The position numbers and the translations under genes were made by a program. Shown piece after piece: positions 1-9,349 of a DNA stretch of 64,000 nt. Below the pieces are notes generated by a model, which did not search any database, was not told where the DNA came from, and saw nothing but the letters and a program-made list of their open reading frames with translations. Within the stretch, counting starts at the first letter, position 1. Each line of letters begins with the position of its first letter. Source of the DNA: an uncultured Eubacterium sp. (lineage in GTDB: Bacteria; Bacillota; Clostridia; Lachnospirales; Lachnospiraceae); NCBI GenBank assembly GCA_947564835.1, contig CANOET010000001.1:8667-72666 (forward strand), given 5' to 3'.

Positions 1-55
1 CCTTTCCCCTCATCTGGCGTCCGCATCTCCAATCAAAAACGCAACACAATGTCAA
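1..55. repeat. Partial copy (right end) of the dispersed palindromic element also seen at 51851-52125
   Basis: ccctcatctggcgtccgcatctccaatcaaaaacgcaacacaatgtcaa closely matches ccctcatccggcgtccgcatagccaacaaaaaaacgcaacataatatcaa at ~52078-52127. Confidence 0.7.
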
Positions 56-71
56 TTCCTGCCGCCCAGAA

Positions 72-434
72 TCAAAAAATCTCCTTCACAGCCTCCTTCA
101 CCTTTTTCAGCATTGGAAGCAGCTGATTTTCCAATGCATCGGCAATCTGCCGGTCTTCCTGACTACGCAAAGCATCCGCCAGTTTCATAACGGCATCATT
201 AATTTCACTCTTACTTAGTTTTTCCTCTTCCTCATTGATCAGGGATAAAGTACCGTTCAGCACCCCCATCTCCCAGTTTACTGCATCCGTAACACTTTTC
301 AACAATTGGTCCGTATCTTCTTTTTTTAAAGTAGTCAGTTCATCGATCAAAATTTCTGTATTTGCGATAAATTTCTCCTGAAAATCCGCCAATACTTTTA
401 CTGCTTCCAATTGTTCTTTTCTGTTGTTTTCCAT
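72..434 (-). CDS. Small helical protein of flagellin glycosylation islands, unknown function
   Basis: 120-aa ORF with AGGGAGG RBS, last gene of the leg operon; C-terminal D-x-x-I-A-D-A-L-E-x-x-L motif resembles the protein at 14398-14736. Confidence 0.7.
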   Translation of the reverse strand: MENNRKEQLEAVKVLADFQEKFIANTEILIDELTTLKKEDTDQLLKSVTDAVNWEMGVLNGTLSLINEEEEKLSKSEINDAVMKLADALRSQEDRQIADALENQLLPMLKKVKEAVKEIF

Positions 435-451
435 AGTATCCTCCCTGATTT

Positions 452-1066
452 TTATATCATATCAACAAAATCCCTCAAATCCCGGCAGACGAAATCAGCA
501 GTTACTTTCTGTTCCAGCCGCCGCGTACCATACCCGCTTTCCAGCAGCACCGTTTTTAATCCGGCATTCTGCCCGCAGATCACATCAGACGCCCGGTCTC
601 CGACGAGATAGGATCGCGCCATATCGATCGGAAACTGCTCCTGCGCCTGCCGCAGCATACCCGTCCGCGGTTTCCGGCAGCCGCACTGCTTCCGGTAAGA
701 ACCTGTTCCGTCAGGATGATGCGGGCAATAATAAATAGCATCCAGCCCCGTCTGCTGCTTTAGGTACGCATGGATTTCCTGCAGCGTTCCCTCGCTCATC
801 ATGCCGCGCGCGACAGCTGACTGATTTGTAATACAGACCGCAAGATAGCCTTTTTGGTGCAGCAAACTGATACAATCTTTTGTGTAAGGAAAGATTTCCA
901 ACTCTTCTGCTTGGGTAACATAGCTTTTTTCCACGCACAATACACCATCTCTGTCTAAAAATACTGCCGGCCTTTTTTTGTTATCTCTCTTATAACTGTT
1001 ATCCTTTTCCATGATTTTTTGCACCAACATCAGCCTTTTATTTTTTCTGCACTTTTTCCCTTTCAA
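452..1066 (-). CDS. gmhB: HAD-IIIA phosphatase (GmhB / heptose-1,7-bisphosphate phosphatase-like)
   Basis: FLDRDGV motif I, TNQS motif II, CPHHP...CxCRKP zinc motif, GDRASD motif; true start may be the ATG at 1012. Confidence 0.85.
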   Translation of the reverse strand: MKGKKCRKNKRLMLVQKIMEKDNSYKRDNKKRPAVFLDRDGVLCVEKSYVTQAEELEIFPYTKDCISLLHQKGYLAVCITNQSAVARGMMSEGTLQEIHAYLKQQTGLDAIYYCPHHPDGTGSYRKQCGCRKPRTGMLRQAQEQFPIDMARSYLVGDRASDVICGQNAGLKTVLLESGYGTRRLEQKVTADFVCRDLRDFVDMI

Positions 1067-1313
1067 ATGGCATTATAGTCTTAACAATTATATCATATTT
1101 CCATCCGCTTGCAAAGCAATAAAAAAATGAATTGCTTTATACGTACAATGTGGTTACAGTTCGCAGCTGTCCTGCTTTTGGGACAAGTGTGAACGGTAAC
1201 GATTTTTATTCTACACCGCTGTCTTGCACATAGATTGGTATAGCGCCTGGAAATATTTTGTGATATACTAATGGCATAACAAGAATACTATTTAAGTGAA
1301 CGGAGGTAATAAT

Positions 1314-1490
1314 ATGCCAAATAATGAAAAAGAATACAACGGATATCTTTTAGATCAGCTTGAACTAATCGAAAGGCTCGAAATGGCAATAGAAGATAAT
1401 AACATTGAGACGGTAAAAAAACAACTAGCACTTGAAAAAAAATTTGTTGAGCGTAAGTTGTACCAAAAACCACCGTTAAAAAGTGAATAA
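1314..1490 (+). CDS. 58-aa acidic/coiled-coil small protein, antisense to the operon
   Basis: GGAGGT RBS at 1302-1307, ATG 1314, TG-x-TATACT extended -10 near 1259-1269; AT-rich. Confidence 0.65.
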   Translation: MPNNEKEYNGYLLDQLELIERLEMAIEDNNIETVKKQLALEKKFVERKLYQKPPLKSE

Positions 1491-1567
1491 TATAGTTAAA
1501 TAGGATGTTAAGCGGCATCCTTTTTATCGTTAAAACAGACAGAATATCTGTTACTTTTCACGGGTCA

Positions 1568-1592
1568 GGAACGCGCACTAGCTGCGCGTTCC
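1568..1592. repeat. GC-rich perfect hairpin (REP-like or bidirectional terminator) between convergent genes
   Basis: GGAACGCGCA-ctagc-TGCGCGTTCC, 10-bp stem. Confidence 0.6.
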
Positions 1593-1649
1593 GTAAGAAC
1601 ATGATTCAGGAGTCCGGGGCATTTTTGCGAAGCCTTGAACCATAGGCAG

Positions 1650-2729
1650 CTATTCAGCCTTTAGATTAAGCTTCTGTTCCATCCGGCGCATTTCTTCAAA
1701 TTCACCCATATCTAAAAAAGAATCCTCGCTAATCGGATACATCCCGACCTGCATTCCCTTCTTTAACAAATCATCCGCAAGATCTGTCATATGATAAAAC
1801 GTATCTTTCGGAATACAGTCCAATAATTCCGGATTCAGAATATACATGCCCGTATTTACAAAATACGACATCTTCGGCTTTTCTTCCATGGAATTGACAA
1901 TCGCATTCTCCTTTGCATGAATGACCCCATACGGCACCACAATATTTTTCAGCGCTGTTACAATCGTCATCATATTCCCAGACTTGCAGTGATGCCGGTA
2001 AATATCGGCATAATCAGCGTCAATCAGGATATCGCAGTTCGTCACGATAAACGGCCTGCCAAATCCCGTTTCAATCAGCTTTAAGCTTCCCGCCGTACCA
2101 AGCGGCTTGGACTCTTCCACATAATCCATATGATAATTCGTCATTAAATCTGCAAAATAGGACTTAATCATCGTTTTGCGGTAATTCAGCGTCGCAATAA
2201 AATGCTTCACCCCATAATCGCAAAACCGTCCGATAATACGCTCCATAATCGGAACATCCCCGATCGGAATCAGCGGCTTTGGCAGAACCTTCGTATAAGG
2301 GTACAAACGTGTCCCCTTCCCGCCCGCCATAATAACAACATCTACATCCTGCAGTAAATGTTTTGCGAGGACTGGTATTTGCACACTGCCGCTTCCATCC
2401 CTGACAGCAATATCTACTACTTTGCCAGCCGGATTCAATACAGGCAGAACATTGATCTGCATCCGTTCCATATATTCTGATGCTGTGTGGATTTCCTTTA
2501 GACATATATATTTTGGAGATTTGTTCATCATCTCCGATATACGCTGCTGGAGATTCGCTGTTTTAATGATCCACCGGCGGATATCACCATCTGTAACGAC
2601 CCCTTCAAGCCTGCATCCTTCATCTACGATAAATAAGATCCCTTTTGCATTCGCATCAATTTTCTGCATGGCTTCTACGACAGTAATATTTCCCGCTGAT
2701 AAAAAACCTTTCAACTGCTCACTATTCAT
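1650..2729 (-). CDS. CBS-domain nucleotidyltransferase (PtmE/LegX-like sugar-phosphate guanylyltransferase)
   Basis: Two CBS domains (VVTDGDIRR) followed by MAGGKGTRLYPYT-KPL NTP-transferase motif; start set at MNSEQ (2729) with GGAGG upstream. Confidence 0.9.
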   Translation of the reverse strand: MNSEQLKGFLSAGNITVVEAMQKIDANAKGILFIVDEGCRLEGVVTDGDIRRWIIKTANLQQRISEMMNKSPKYICLKEIHTASEYMERMQINVLPVLNPAGKVVDIAVRDGSGSVQIPVLAKHLLQDVDVVIMAGGKGTRLYPYTKVLPKPLIPIGDVPIMERIIGRFCDYGVKHFIATLNYRKTMIKSYFADLMTNYHMDYVEESKPLGTAGSLKLIETGFGRPFIVTNCDILIDADYADIYRHHCKSGNMMTIVTALKNIVVPYGVIHAKENAIVNSMEEKPKMSYFVNTGMYILNPELLDCIPKDTFYHMTDLADDLLKKGMQVGMYPISEDSFLDMGEFEEMRRMEQKLNLKAE

Positions 2730-2929
2730 TTCTCCATCGTCCTCCCTGACTTCCTTCGCAAAACAGGGCATTCTCAATCCCTGCAGTCTTCCTGACTTCC
2801 TTTCGCTGTATAGAAAATTCCGATTATTTTCTATCGTCTTCCTGACTTCTTCTATAGATCTGTTTATACTAACTTGCACATGTAACTTTATACACACGCG
2901 GTATCTTTCATTAAAACGATCATGAGATT

Positions 2930-4111
2930 TTATTTACGCATATCTGTTATCGTTTCCATAACTTCCTTTGCCACATACCGGATTTCATCCTCCGTAATCT
3001 GTGTACTGCAAGGAAGGTTTAAAATACGTCTGCTATAATACTGCGCTCGCTCAATCTGATAAGCGATTGCCTGCTGATAAGGCTTTTGCTCATGGATCAG
3101 CCCCCAGATCGGCCGTGTCTGTATACCCTTCTCCTGTAGACGGCTGATCAGGTCAAACAGATCCCCTTTCAGTTCCCCAATCTCAATATCCAGCGAATAA
3201 AACCATTGATTTGAGCTTGTCCCTTCACGGAACGGCAGCAGCTGCCCCAAAGGAAACCCTTCAAACAGTTCCTGATAAAGCTGATAATTGCGCTGCTTTC
3301 TTTGAATAAACTCCGGCAATTCCTCCATCTGTGCCACGCCAAGCGCTGCCTGCAGATTTGTCATCCGGTAATTATATCCCACTTCATGATGAATATAGTT
3401 ATGCGGATCATCCTTGGCCTGTGTGGACAAATAACGCATATGCTCTACATCCTCCGCTCTCCGCGCAGTAACGGCGCCTCCGCCGCCAGTTGTAATAATT
3501 TTATTGCCGTTAAAAGAAAATGCCCCAAAATCCCCGATCGCACCGGCATATTTTCCGGCATACCTGCCTTTGGTATATTTCGTGCCAAGCGCCTCCGTTG
3601 CATCCTCAATCACCCATAAGCCATATGTATCCGCAATCTGCATGATCGCTTCAAGATCTGCCAGATTGCCAAAGACATGCACTACAATCAGTGCCTTTAC
3701 CCTTTTCCCTGTATCTTTATGCACGAGCCCGCCATCCGCCTTTACACATTCCTCCCGACAGAACCGCTCCAGCTTCACCGGATCCATACACAAGCTGTCA
3801 TCACAGTCCATAAAAACCGGATCCGCAAACTGGTATCTGACCGGATTAACTGCTGCAATAAACGTCAATGCCGGCACAACCACCAGATCCCCCGGCTGAA
3901 CACCGCATTTAATCAACGACAAATGCAATGCCGCAGTGCCGCTCTGGCAGGCCGCCGTCTGTTCCGTATGCAGAAAATCAGACATACGCCCCTCCAGTTC
4001 CCGGATATAAGCACCGCCGGTAGACACCCATCCCTGGCTGAGTGCATCATTCACATATTTCGCTTCATTTCCTTCAAAATTCGGAATGGATAATGGTATC
4101 ATAGTATTCAT
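2930..4111 (-). CDS. legC: LegC-family PLP aminotransferase (DegT/DnrJ/EryC1/StrS)
   Basis: SGTAALHL, EDATEALG, FSFNGNKIITTGGGG, GYNYRMTN motifs; adjacent to legB. Confidence 0.9.
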   Translation of the reverse strand: MNTMIPLSIPNFEGNEAKYVNDALSQGWVSTGGAYIRELEGRMSDFLHTEQTAACQSGTAALHLSLIKCGVQPGDLVVVPALTFIAAVNPVRYQFADPVFMDCDDSLCMDPVKLERFCREECVKADGGLVHKDTGKRVKALIVVHVFGNLADLEAIMQIADTYGLWVIEDATEALGTKYTKGRYAGKYAGAIGDFGAFSFNGNKIITTGGGGAVTARRAEDVEHMRYLSTQAKDDPHNYIHHEVGYNYRMTNLQAALGVAQMEELPEFIQRKQRNYQLYQELFEGFPLGQLLPFREGTSSNQWFYSLDIEIGELKGDLFDLISRLQEKGIQTRPIWGLIHEQKPYQQAIAYQIERAQYYSRRILNLPCSTQITEDEIRYVAKEVMETITDMRK

Positions 4112-4163
4112 CGATCAGCCTCCCGCTGCACATTCTTCCTTTTATATTTCGGACAAATTCCGG

Positions 4164-5144
4164 CTAAATATTATAGATATCCGTTTTATAATGATCCATA
4201 TGTTCCCTGAGCCATGCAATCGTTTCCTGAATCCCCTGTGCAAAAGTATATTGCTGCTTCCAGTCTGTGAGCGCTTTTATTTTCTCATTAGAACCAAGCA
4301 GGCGGTTAACCTCGCTTTTCTCCGGACGCAGACGCTGTTCTTCACATACAATGCTGGCATTAGGGTTAATCTGGGAAATAATCTCCTTTGCCAGATCACC
4401 GATCGAAATCTCCTGCTGCGTTGCGATATTAATTTCTTCCCCAACCGTCCGGTCTGATTCCGCAATAGCGATAAAGCCTGCCGCCGTATCTTTTACATAA
4501 TTGAAATCTCTGGTCGGCGTCAGGGAACCTAATTTGATCTCCTCTTTACCTGCCAGCAGCTGCGTAATAATTGTCGGAATCACTGCCCTGGCTGACTGTC
4601 TTGGGCCATAGGTGTTGAACGGACGCACAATAGATACCGGAAGCCCGAAGCTGCGGTAAAAGCTCTCCGCCAGGCGGTCTGCTCCGATTTTCGTTGCGGA
4701 GTATGGAGACTGGCCCTGGAATGGATGATGTTCATCGATCGGAACATATTGTGCGGTACCGTAGACTTCTGAGGTGGATGTTACAAGTACACGCTGCAGA
4801 TCCAGATCCCTGGCCGCCTGCAGGACATTTAACGTGCCTTTGATATTGGTATCCACATAGGAATCCGGGGAATGGTAGCTGAATGGGATGGCTATAAGAG
4901 CTGCCAGATGGAAAACAGCATCTGTGCCTTTTAGCGCCGTGCGTACGCCGTTCGGGTCGCGGATATCTCCGGTAAATACTTCGATCTGGTCCAGCTTTTC
5001 CTTTGGAAGCGTGTCCAGCCAGCCCCAGGTGTTGAAGGAATTGTAGTAGGCAAATGCCTTTACTTCGTAACCTTTTGCCAAAAGGCTTTCTGTGAGGTGG
5101 CTTCCGATGAAGCCGTCGGCTCCGGTAACTAATACTTTTTTCAT
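4164..5144 (-). CDS. legB: NAD-dependent nucleotide-sugar 4,6-dehydratase (LegB)
   Basis: TGADGFIGSH Rossmann motif, HLAALIAIPFSY, YSATK, RPFNTYGPRQS typical of LegB. Confidence 0.9.
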   Translation of the reverse strand: MKKVLVTGADGFIGSHLTESLLAKGYEVKAFAYYNSFNTWGWLDTLPKEKLDQIEVFTGDIRDPNGVRTALKGTDAVFHLAALIAIPFSYHSPDSYVDTNIKGTLNVLQAARDLDLQRVLVTSTSEVYGTAQYVPIDEHHPFQGQSPYSATKIGADRLAESFYRSFGLPVSIVRPFNTYGPRQSARAVIPTIITQLLAGKEEIKLGSLTPTRDFNYVKDTAAGFIAIAESDRTVGEEINIATQQEISIGDLAKEIISQINPNASIVCEEQRLRPEKSEVNRLLGSNEKIKALTDWKQQYTFAQGIQETIAWLREHMDHYKTDIYNI

Positions 5145-5303
5145 GGGAATATTGTCTCCTCTTTCTTATCATTTTCTTATACTATAACATGTTTCCTGAA
5201 TGCTGCATACTACTTTTTGATTCAATTATATTTCGTTTGCTTTTTTAATGATTGTATGTTATACTTAATTACAATCTTATTTTTAGAAGGAAGCTGTACA
5301 ATT

Positions 5304-6797
5304 ATGGACTTATTATACGATATTGATAAATGCATCAATGAGGCAAAAAATATCTTTGATCTTGTAGCAAACTGTTTTGACCTCCTATGCAGTCATATTA
5401 CCAATCATGCATTGTTCATCAGCCAATACATAGATCAGGGACAAGGTGATATAACGAACCCTAATATAGAAAATTTAAATGATTTTTCTGAAAAGGTTAT
5501 TAGAATATTAGATCATTATGCCCCGTCCAAATATTTTGATGTACAAAAAGAAATCATGCATCTTATAAATAATTTTAATTTAATCCAATTTCTGAATGAT
5601 CAGGAGAATCATTATACAATTATTTATTGTATACTATGTGCTATAGACGCCGCAGCAATGGAGTGGGACAGAAAATGGCTTACCTCTTCTTTCGGGCCAT
5701 TAAACAAGCAATCCAACGCAAGATACCGGGTCTACTTCCATACACACCGGACAATACATTCTGATTATATAGACCAGATTCATCGAAATCGGACTCACCC
5801 AAGTACATTTTTTGAACAGTTTCAAAGTTTCAGATTTATCGATTCCAGCCGGTGGAAAGAAAATATAAATGTACCGTATATAAAGTATTTGCCAGGAAAC
5901 TATATAAAAAAGAAACCTGAGGATATGCTAAACCCAGAGTTAAAATTAAAAATAGCCGTTATTCCTGTATCCTGTAATCAGAATTTTGACTTTAAACCTG
6001 TGATCGGAAGTGCGTTTCGGGTAGACTATTCAAAGAATGATCAATCAGCAGCAACAGAAGCTATTATAAAATCTATCGAAAAAGCGCTTCTTGCCGAATG
6101 TAATATTATTGTTCTTCCAGAATATACAATTAGCCCCGTAATCCACGAAGCTATACAAAAAACATTAAGAAAACATTCTTTTCAGAACTGCAACGGAAAT
6201 AAACTTTTTGCAGTATTTGAAGGCACAACCTGGACAGATGATGATAACAATATCATGCGCATATTAGATCCATTCGGTGATGAAATCGGAAGATATTATA
6301 AATACAGTCAATTCACAAAACCTAACACCGCAAAACATGGCTTTCACCACGTAGAAAGACTTACCAATCCCGGAAAACAATGCGACATGCTGGCACTTGA
6401 AGGAATTGGACTATTTCTACCGGCTATATGCAGAGATGTAATTGACGGTGAATATACCGCAGAAATTGCCAAAGCACTTTTTCCTGCATTTACAGTAATT
6501 TCTGCCTGGAGCCCTTCTGTAGCTTCCTTTGAAAGCCGGGAAAAAGAATTAGCCAATAAATATTTTACATCTTCCATTTTTGCAAATGCATGCAGTTCGG
6601 TCGACAAAAACTCGCATACGATTTGTAATGGATGTATTGTGAATAAAGAAAATACAATAGCAGGCGCATGGATCCGTAATCTTGACAGAAACAATTGCAT
6701 CGCAACTTGTACGAAAGAAGCGTGTGTTTTTATTATGGAATATGATTTTACTTTTGGATCAGGCCATAATACTTGCATAACAGCACAAAAAATATAA
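5304..6797 (+). CDS. Protein with C-terminal carbon-nitrogen hydrolase (nitrilase-fold) domain and unknown N-terminal half
   Basis: KIAVIP, IIVLPEY (Glu), RYYKYS (Lys), PAICRD (Cys) triad pattern; AT-rich, antisense to the operon. Confidence 0.7.
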   Translation: MDLLYDIDKCINEAKNIFDLVANCFDLLCSHITNHALFISQYIDQGQGDITNPNIENLNDFSEKVIRILDHYAPSKYFDVQKEIMHLINNFNLIQFLNDQENHYTIIYCILCAIDAAAMEWDRKWLTSSFGPLNKQSNARYRVYFHTHRTIHSDYIDQIHRNRTHPSTFFEQFQSFRFIDSSRWKENINVPYIKYLPGNYIKKKPEDMLNPELKLKIAVIPVSCNQNFDFKPVIGSAFRVDYSKNDQSAATEAIIKSIEKALLAECNIIVLPEYTISPVIHEAIQKTLRKHSFQNCNGNKLFAVFEGTTWTDDDNNIMRILDPFGDEIGRYYKYSQFTKPNTAKHGFHHVERLTNPGKQCDMLALEGIGLFLPAICRDVIDGEYTAEIAKALFPAFTVISAWSPSVASFESREKELANKYFTSSIFANACSSVDKNSHTICNGCIVNKENTIAGAWIRNLDRNNCIATCTKEACVFIMEYDFTFGSGHNTCITAQKI

Positions 6798-6889
6798 TAT
6801 CTACACAATGAATGATATCATTATTGTTGAAAAATTTGTCATCACATGATAAACTATTTATAAATAATATAGAAAAGAGATGCATCAAT

Positions 6890-7735
6890 ATGAAGCAGCT
6901 AATTACTATTATATCTAATTATATATCAAAAAGAGAAATTATACCGGATGAATATCTATACGAATTTTCTACTGAAATTACATCCGCAATTGAATCTAGT
7001 GATACAGAACGCATTCCTGATGAATTTTGGCAATTAGCAAATTATGTAGAACTGTACTGGAGAGGCCAAAAATATACTTGCGATGATAGTCCGGAAAGGA
7101 TATATCAAATGGGCCAGTTACTGTCTTTTACTAAAATGATCGATATCTGGTTTGATCGAATAGAAACGAGTACTTCATTAACCGAATATGCGATCATCAT
7201 GAATAGCAAATACTCCTTCTTCAAAAGCATTCATGACGAATCCGGCATTACCCACAAAGAATTGGCCAGCAGGATGCATACAAGTGTATCTTCTTTATCG
7301 CAATTTGTCAATAAAATACAAGGGAACGGATTCTTTATTTCCCGTCCTATGGGCAGGGAAAAGCATTACTATTTAACACAAAAAGGCGAGAAAATTTATG
7401 AACTGATAACAAAAAGGCAATACGCTGCTGTATCAAAAAATTCGACTACAGTATATGGGAGTATATTATATGGGGGTATATTTAGCAGCCAGAACAAACA
7501 ACAATATTATTCTAGTCCACATAAACTTTTAAATTCCAGATACAATTACAATACAGAAAATGTTAGCATAGATTTTACTGAAAATCCTCGAATTATTAAT
7601 CTAATAACATCTAATGTTAGCATTGATATTACTGAAAATCCAGGTATTATAAAACTAATAACATCTAATTATAGAAGTGAGGTAAGAGAATGGAGCAAAA
7701 ACAATTTACTGAAAAAGATAGAATTCAACTGCTGA
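6890..7735 (+). CDS. MarR-like winged-helix protein with low-complexity C-terminal tail
   Basis: GITHKELASRMHTSVSSLSQFVNKI...GREKHYYLTQKG wHTH pattern. Confidence 0.7.
   Translation: MKQLITIISNYISKREIIPDEYLYEFSTEITSAIESSDTERIPDEFWQLANYVELYWRGQKYTCDDSPERIYQMGQLLSFTKMIDIWFDRIETSTSLTEYAIIMNSKYSFFKSIHDESGITHKELASRMHTSVSSLSQFVNKIQGNGFFISRPMGREKHYYLTQKGEKIYELITKRQYAAVSKNSTTVYGSILYGGIFSSQNKQQYYSSPHKLLNSRYNYNTENVSIDFTENPRIINLITSNVSIDITENPGIIKLITSNYRSEVREWSKNNLLKKIEFNC
7559..7666 (+). repeat. 54-bp tandem duplication (2 copies) in the tail of the MarR-like gene
   Basis: NVSIDFTENPRIINLITS / NVSIDITENPGIIKLITS. Confidence 0.85.
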
Positions 7736-8388
7736 TCACAGAACTTCTGCAAACTTCATCCGGAGACCAGACAGATCTAGCCTATGCAGTTTATGAGCTA
7801 ATTGAACAATCCGAACATTTTAAACCAGAATTATTCATGTTTTTTATTGAAACTTCAGAAGATCTTGATACCAGCGAAGAAAAACGTATTGAAAAAATAT
7901 TTTCTGAAGAAGAAAAATACCAATACGCCAGAGATTATGGCAAAATTATTGATGGGACATTAGAAGCGCTATTAAAAAAACATTATGAAAAAGAAAAATT
8001 CTATCAGGAACTTTGGAATTTCATAGAAGAAAACCCTTTGCTTGACACGAAAAAGCTCAAAGCCTTTGCACTTTTTTATATTTGGGTAGATATTAGACTG
8101 CCTTATTATGTACTCGATGATGGTATCAAAATGTCTGATGACGATTACCAGGATATCTGTCAGAAGCTTTCAGAAGACATCAAAAAAGCCCGATTTATTT
8201 TACACGTACCTACCGAGCAAAAAACAGAACGTGCTTCCAGAATCGTAAAATTACTGGAAAGCTTACAGGATGACAAAGAAAAGGCTGTCCTTATGGCACA
8301 TATTTTAAAATTAAGCGACCATTCTGATATGATTTTAAATCGCTTAGCAATCAGAGCAGAAAAACTATCTAAAAATGAAATTTCTTAA
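7690..8388 (+). CDS. Acidic all-helical hypothetical protein, third gene of the AT-rich cassette
   Basis: 232-aa ORF with GAGGT RBS, overlaps upstream gene by 46 nt. Confidence 0.75.
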   Translation: MEQKQFTEKDRIQLLITELLQTSSGDQTDLAYAVYELIEQSEHFKPELFMFFIETSEDLDTSEEKRIEKIFSEEEKYQYARDYGKIIDGTLEALLKKHYEKEKFYQELWNFIEENPLLDTKKLKAFALFYIWVDIRLPYYVLDDGIKMSDDDYQDICQKLSEDIKKARFILHVPTEQKTERASRIVKLLESLQDDKEKAVLMAHILKLSDHSDMILNRLAIRAEKLSKNEIS

Positions 8389-8484
8389 CAGGTTAAATTG
8401 CGTCCCTGACTATTTATGATACAATATACTGGAATAATCCTTTCCAATATATTGTATCATATTGCAGCCGTTGGCTCCAAAACT

Positions 8485-9177
8485 TCAACTTGTTTTATAA
8501 TTTTTCATATATGTTTCTATCAGCAGAAAATCAATTATAGTATCAATATCCACAGACCGTTCATTTGGCATAATATAAGCATAAGAATCTTTATCATACA
8601 AATTTCCATGCTTCATCAAAAATTCCACATTCACCAGATAAATTGCCCCATTAATCCTATAATTCGTAGGCAGCTGCTGCCTTGGCAGCTCATATTCCGG
8701 ACACTGAAACGCCTTCATATTTCCATCCTCCGATAATGTATTGCACCATAACGGTGTATGCTCCATCTCACATACACCAATTACTGCCTCTGCATTTTTT
8801 TCCTCTATCAAAGAAAATGCATTTTGAATATCCCCTGCCGTACGCAAGGGGGAGGTCGGCTGCAAGAGCATCACACGATCAAATTTCTGCCCCATTTTTT
8901 CATATTTGCATAGCACATCCCGCACCGCATCCCAACAATCGGCTGAGTCTGATGCCAATTCTTCCTCTCTTAAAAACGGTACCTCTGCTCCATATTCTTT
9001 TGCAATCTGTGCATATTCTTCACTATCCGTAGAAACATGGATACAGTCAAAGCATTCTGACATGTGTGCCGCTTCTATGGAATATGCCATTAATGGTTTT
9101 CCGTGTAATCGTTTTATATTTTTATCCTTTAATCCCTTAGATCCGCTTCTGGCTGTTATAACTGCTATATTCCTCAT
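8485..9177 (-). CDS. neuA: CMP-nonulosonate synthetase (acylneuraminate cytidylyltransferase), copy 1
   Basis: ARSGSKGLKDKN, LQPTSPLR, NGAIY, SVDID motifs. Confidence 0.93.
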   Translation of the reverse strand: MRNIAVITARSGSKGLKDKNIKRLHGKPLMAYSIEAAHMSECFDCIHVSTDSEEYAQIAKEYGAEVPFLREEELASDSADCWDAVRDVLCKYEKMGQKFDRVMLLQPTSPLRTAGDIQNAFSLIEEKNAEAVIGVCEMEHTPLWCNTLSEDGNMKAFQCPEYELPRQQLPTNYRINGAIYLVNVEFLMKHGNLYDKDSYAYIMPNERSVDIDTIIDFLLIETYMKNYKTS

Positions 9178-9257
9178 TTCGACACCTACTTTGCATAATC
9201 AAATTTTATACTATATTAGCATATTTTTGAACAATCAGCAATCACCTGGCTAAAATA
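8500..9257. repeat. Direct repeat A: neuA plus 3' remnant of the GT-D gene
   Basis: Matches ~10656-11414 (offset ~2156); ~8735-9153 appears identical by eye; includes tatttttgaa-aatcagcaat-acctggctaaaata from the GT-D 3' end. Confidence 0.9.
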
Positions 9258-9292
9258 GGGTGCAGATAGAAATAGTAAATAATATGTAAAAA

Positions 9293-9339
9293 AGTTTCCT
9301 TTGCACATCTACCTATAAAGGCAAAACAAAGGAAACTTC
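9293..9339 (-). terminator. Probable terminator after the SecB-like gene
   Basis: aagtttcctttg ... caaaggaaactt 12-bp inverted repeat, followed by a U-run on the minus strand. Confidence 0.5.
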
Positions 9340-9349
9340 TTTCTTTGTA

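Noticed and set aside
2730-2897. 56-aa N-terminal extension of the nucleotidyltransferase ORF
   Set aside because: It is made of the intergenic direct repeats; the CBS domain and a good RBS start at 2729
5304-6797. DRT1/UG1 (RT-nitrilase) defence system
   Set aside because: No reverse-transcriptase motifs (YADD-like) in this or neighbouring ORFs
6344-6808. 154-aa minus-strand ORF
   Set aside because: Antisense shadow of the nitrilase-fold gene, with no RBS or recognisable motif
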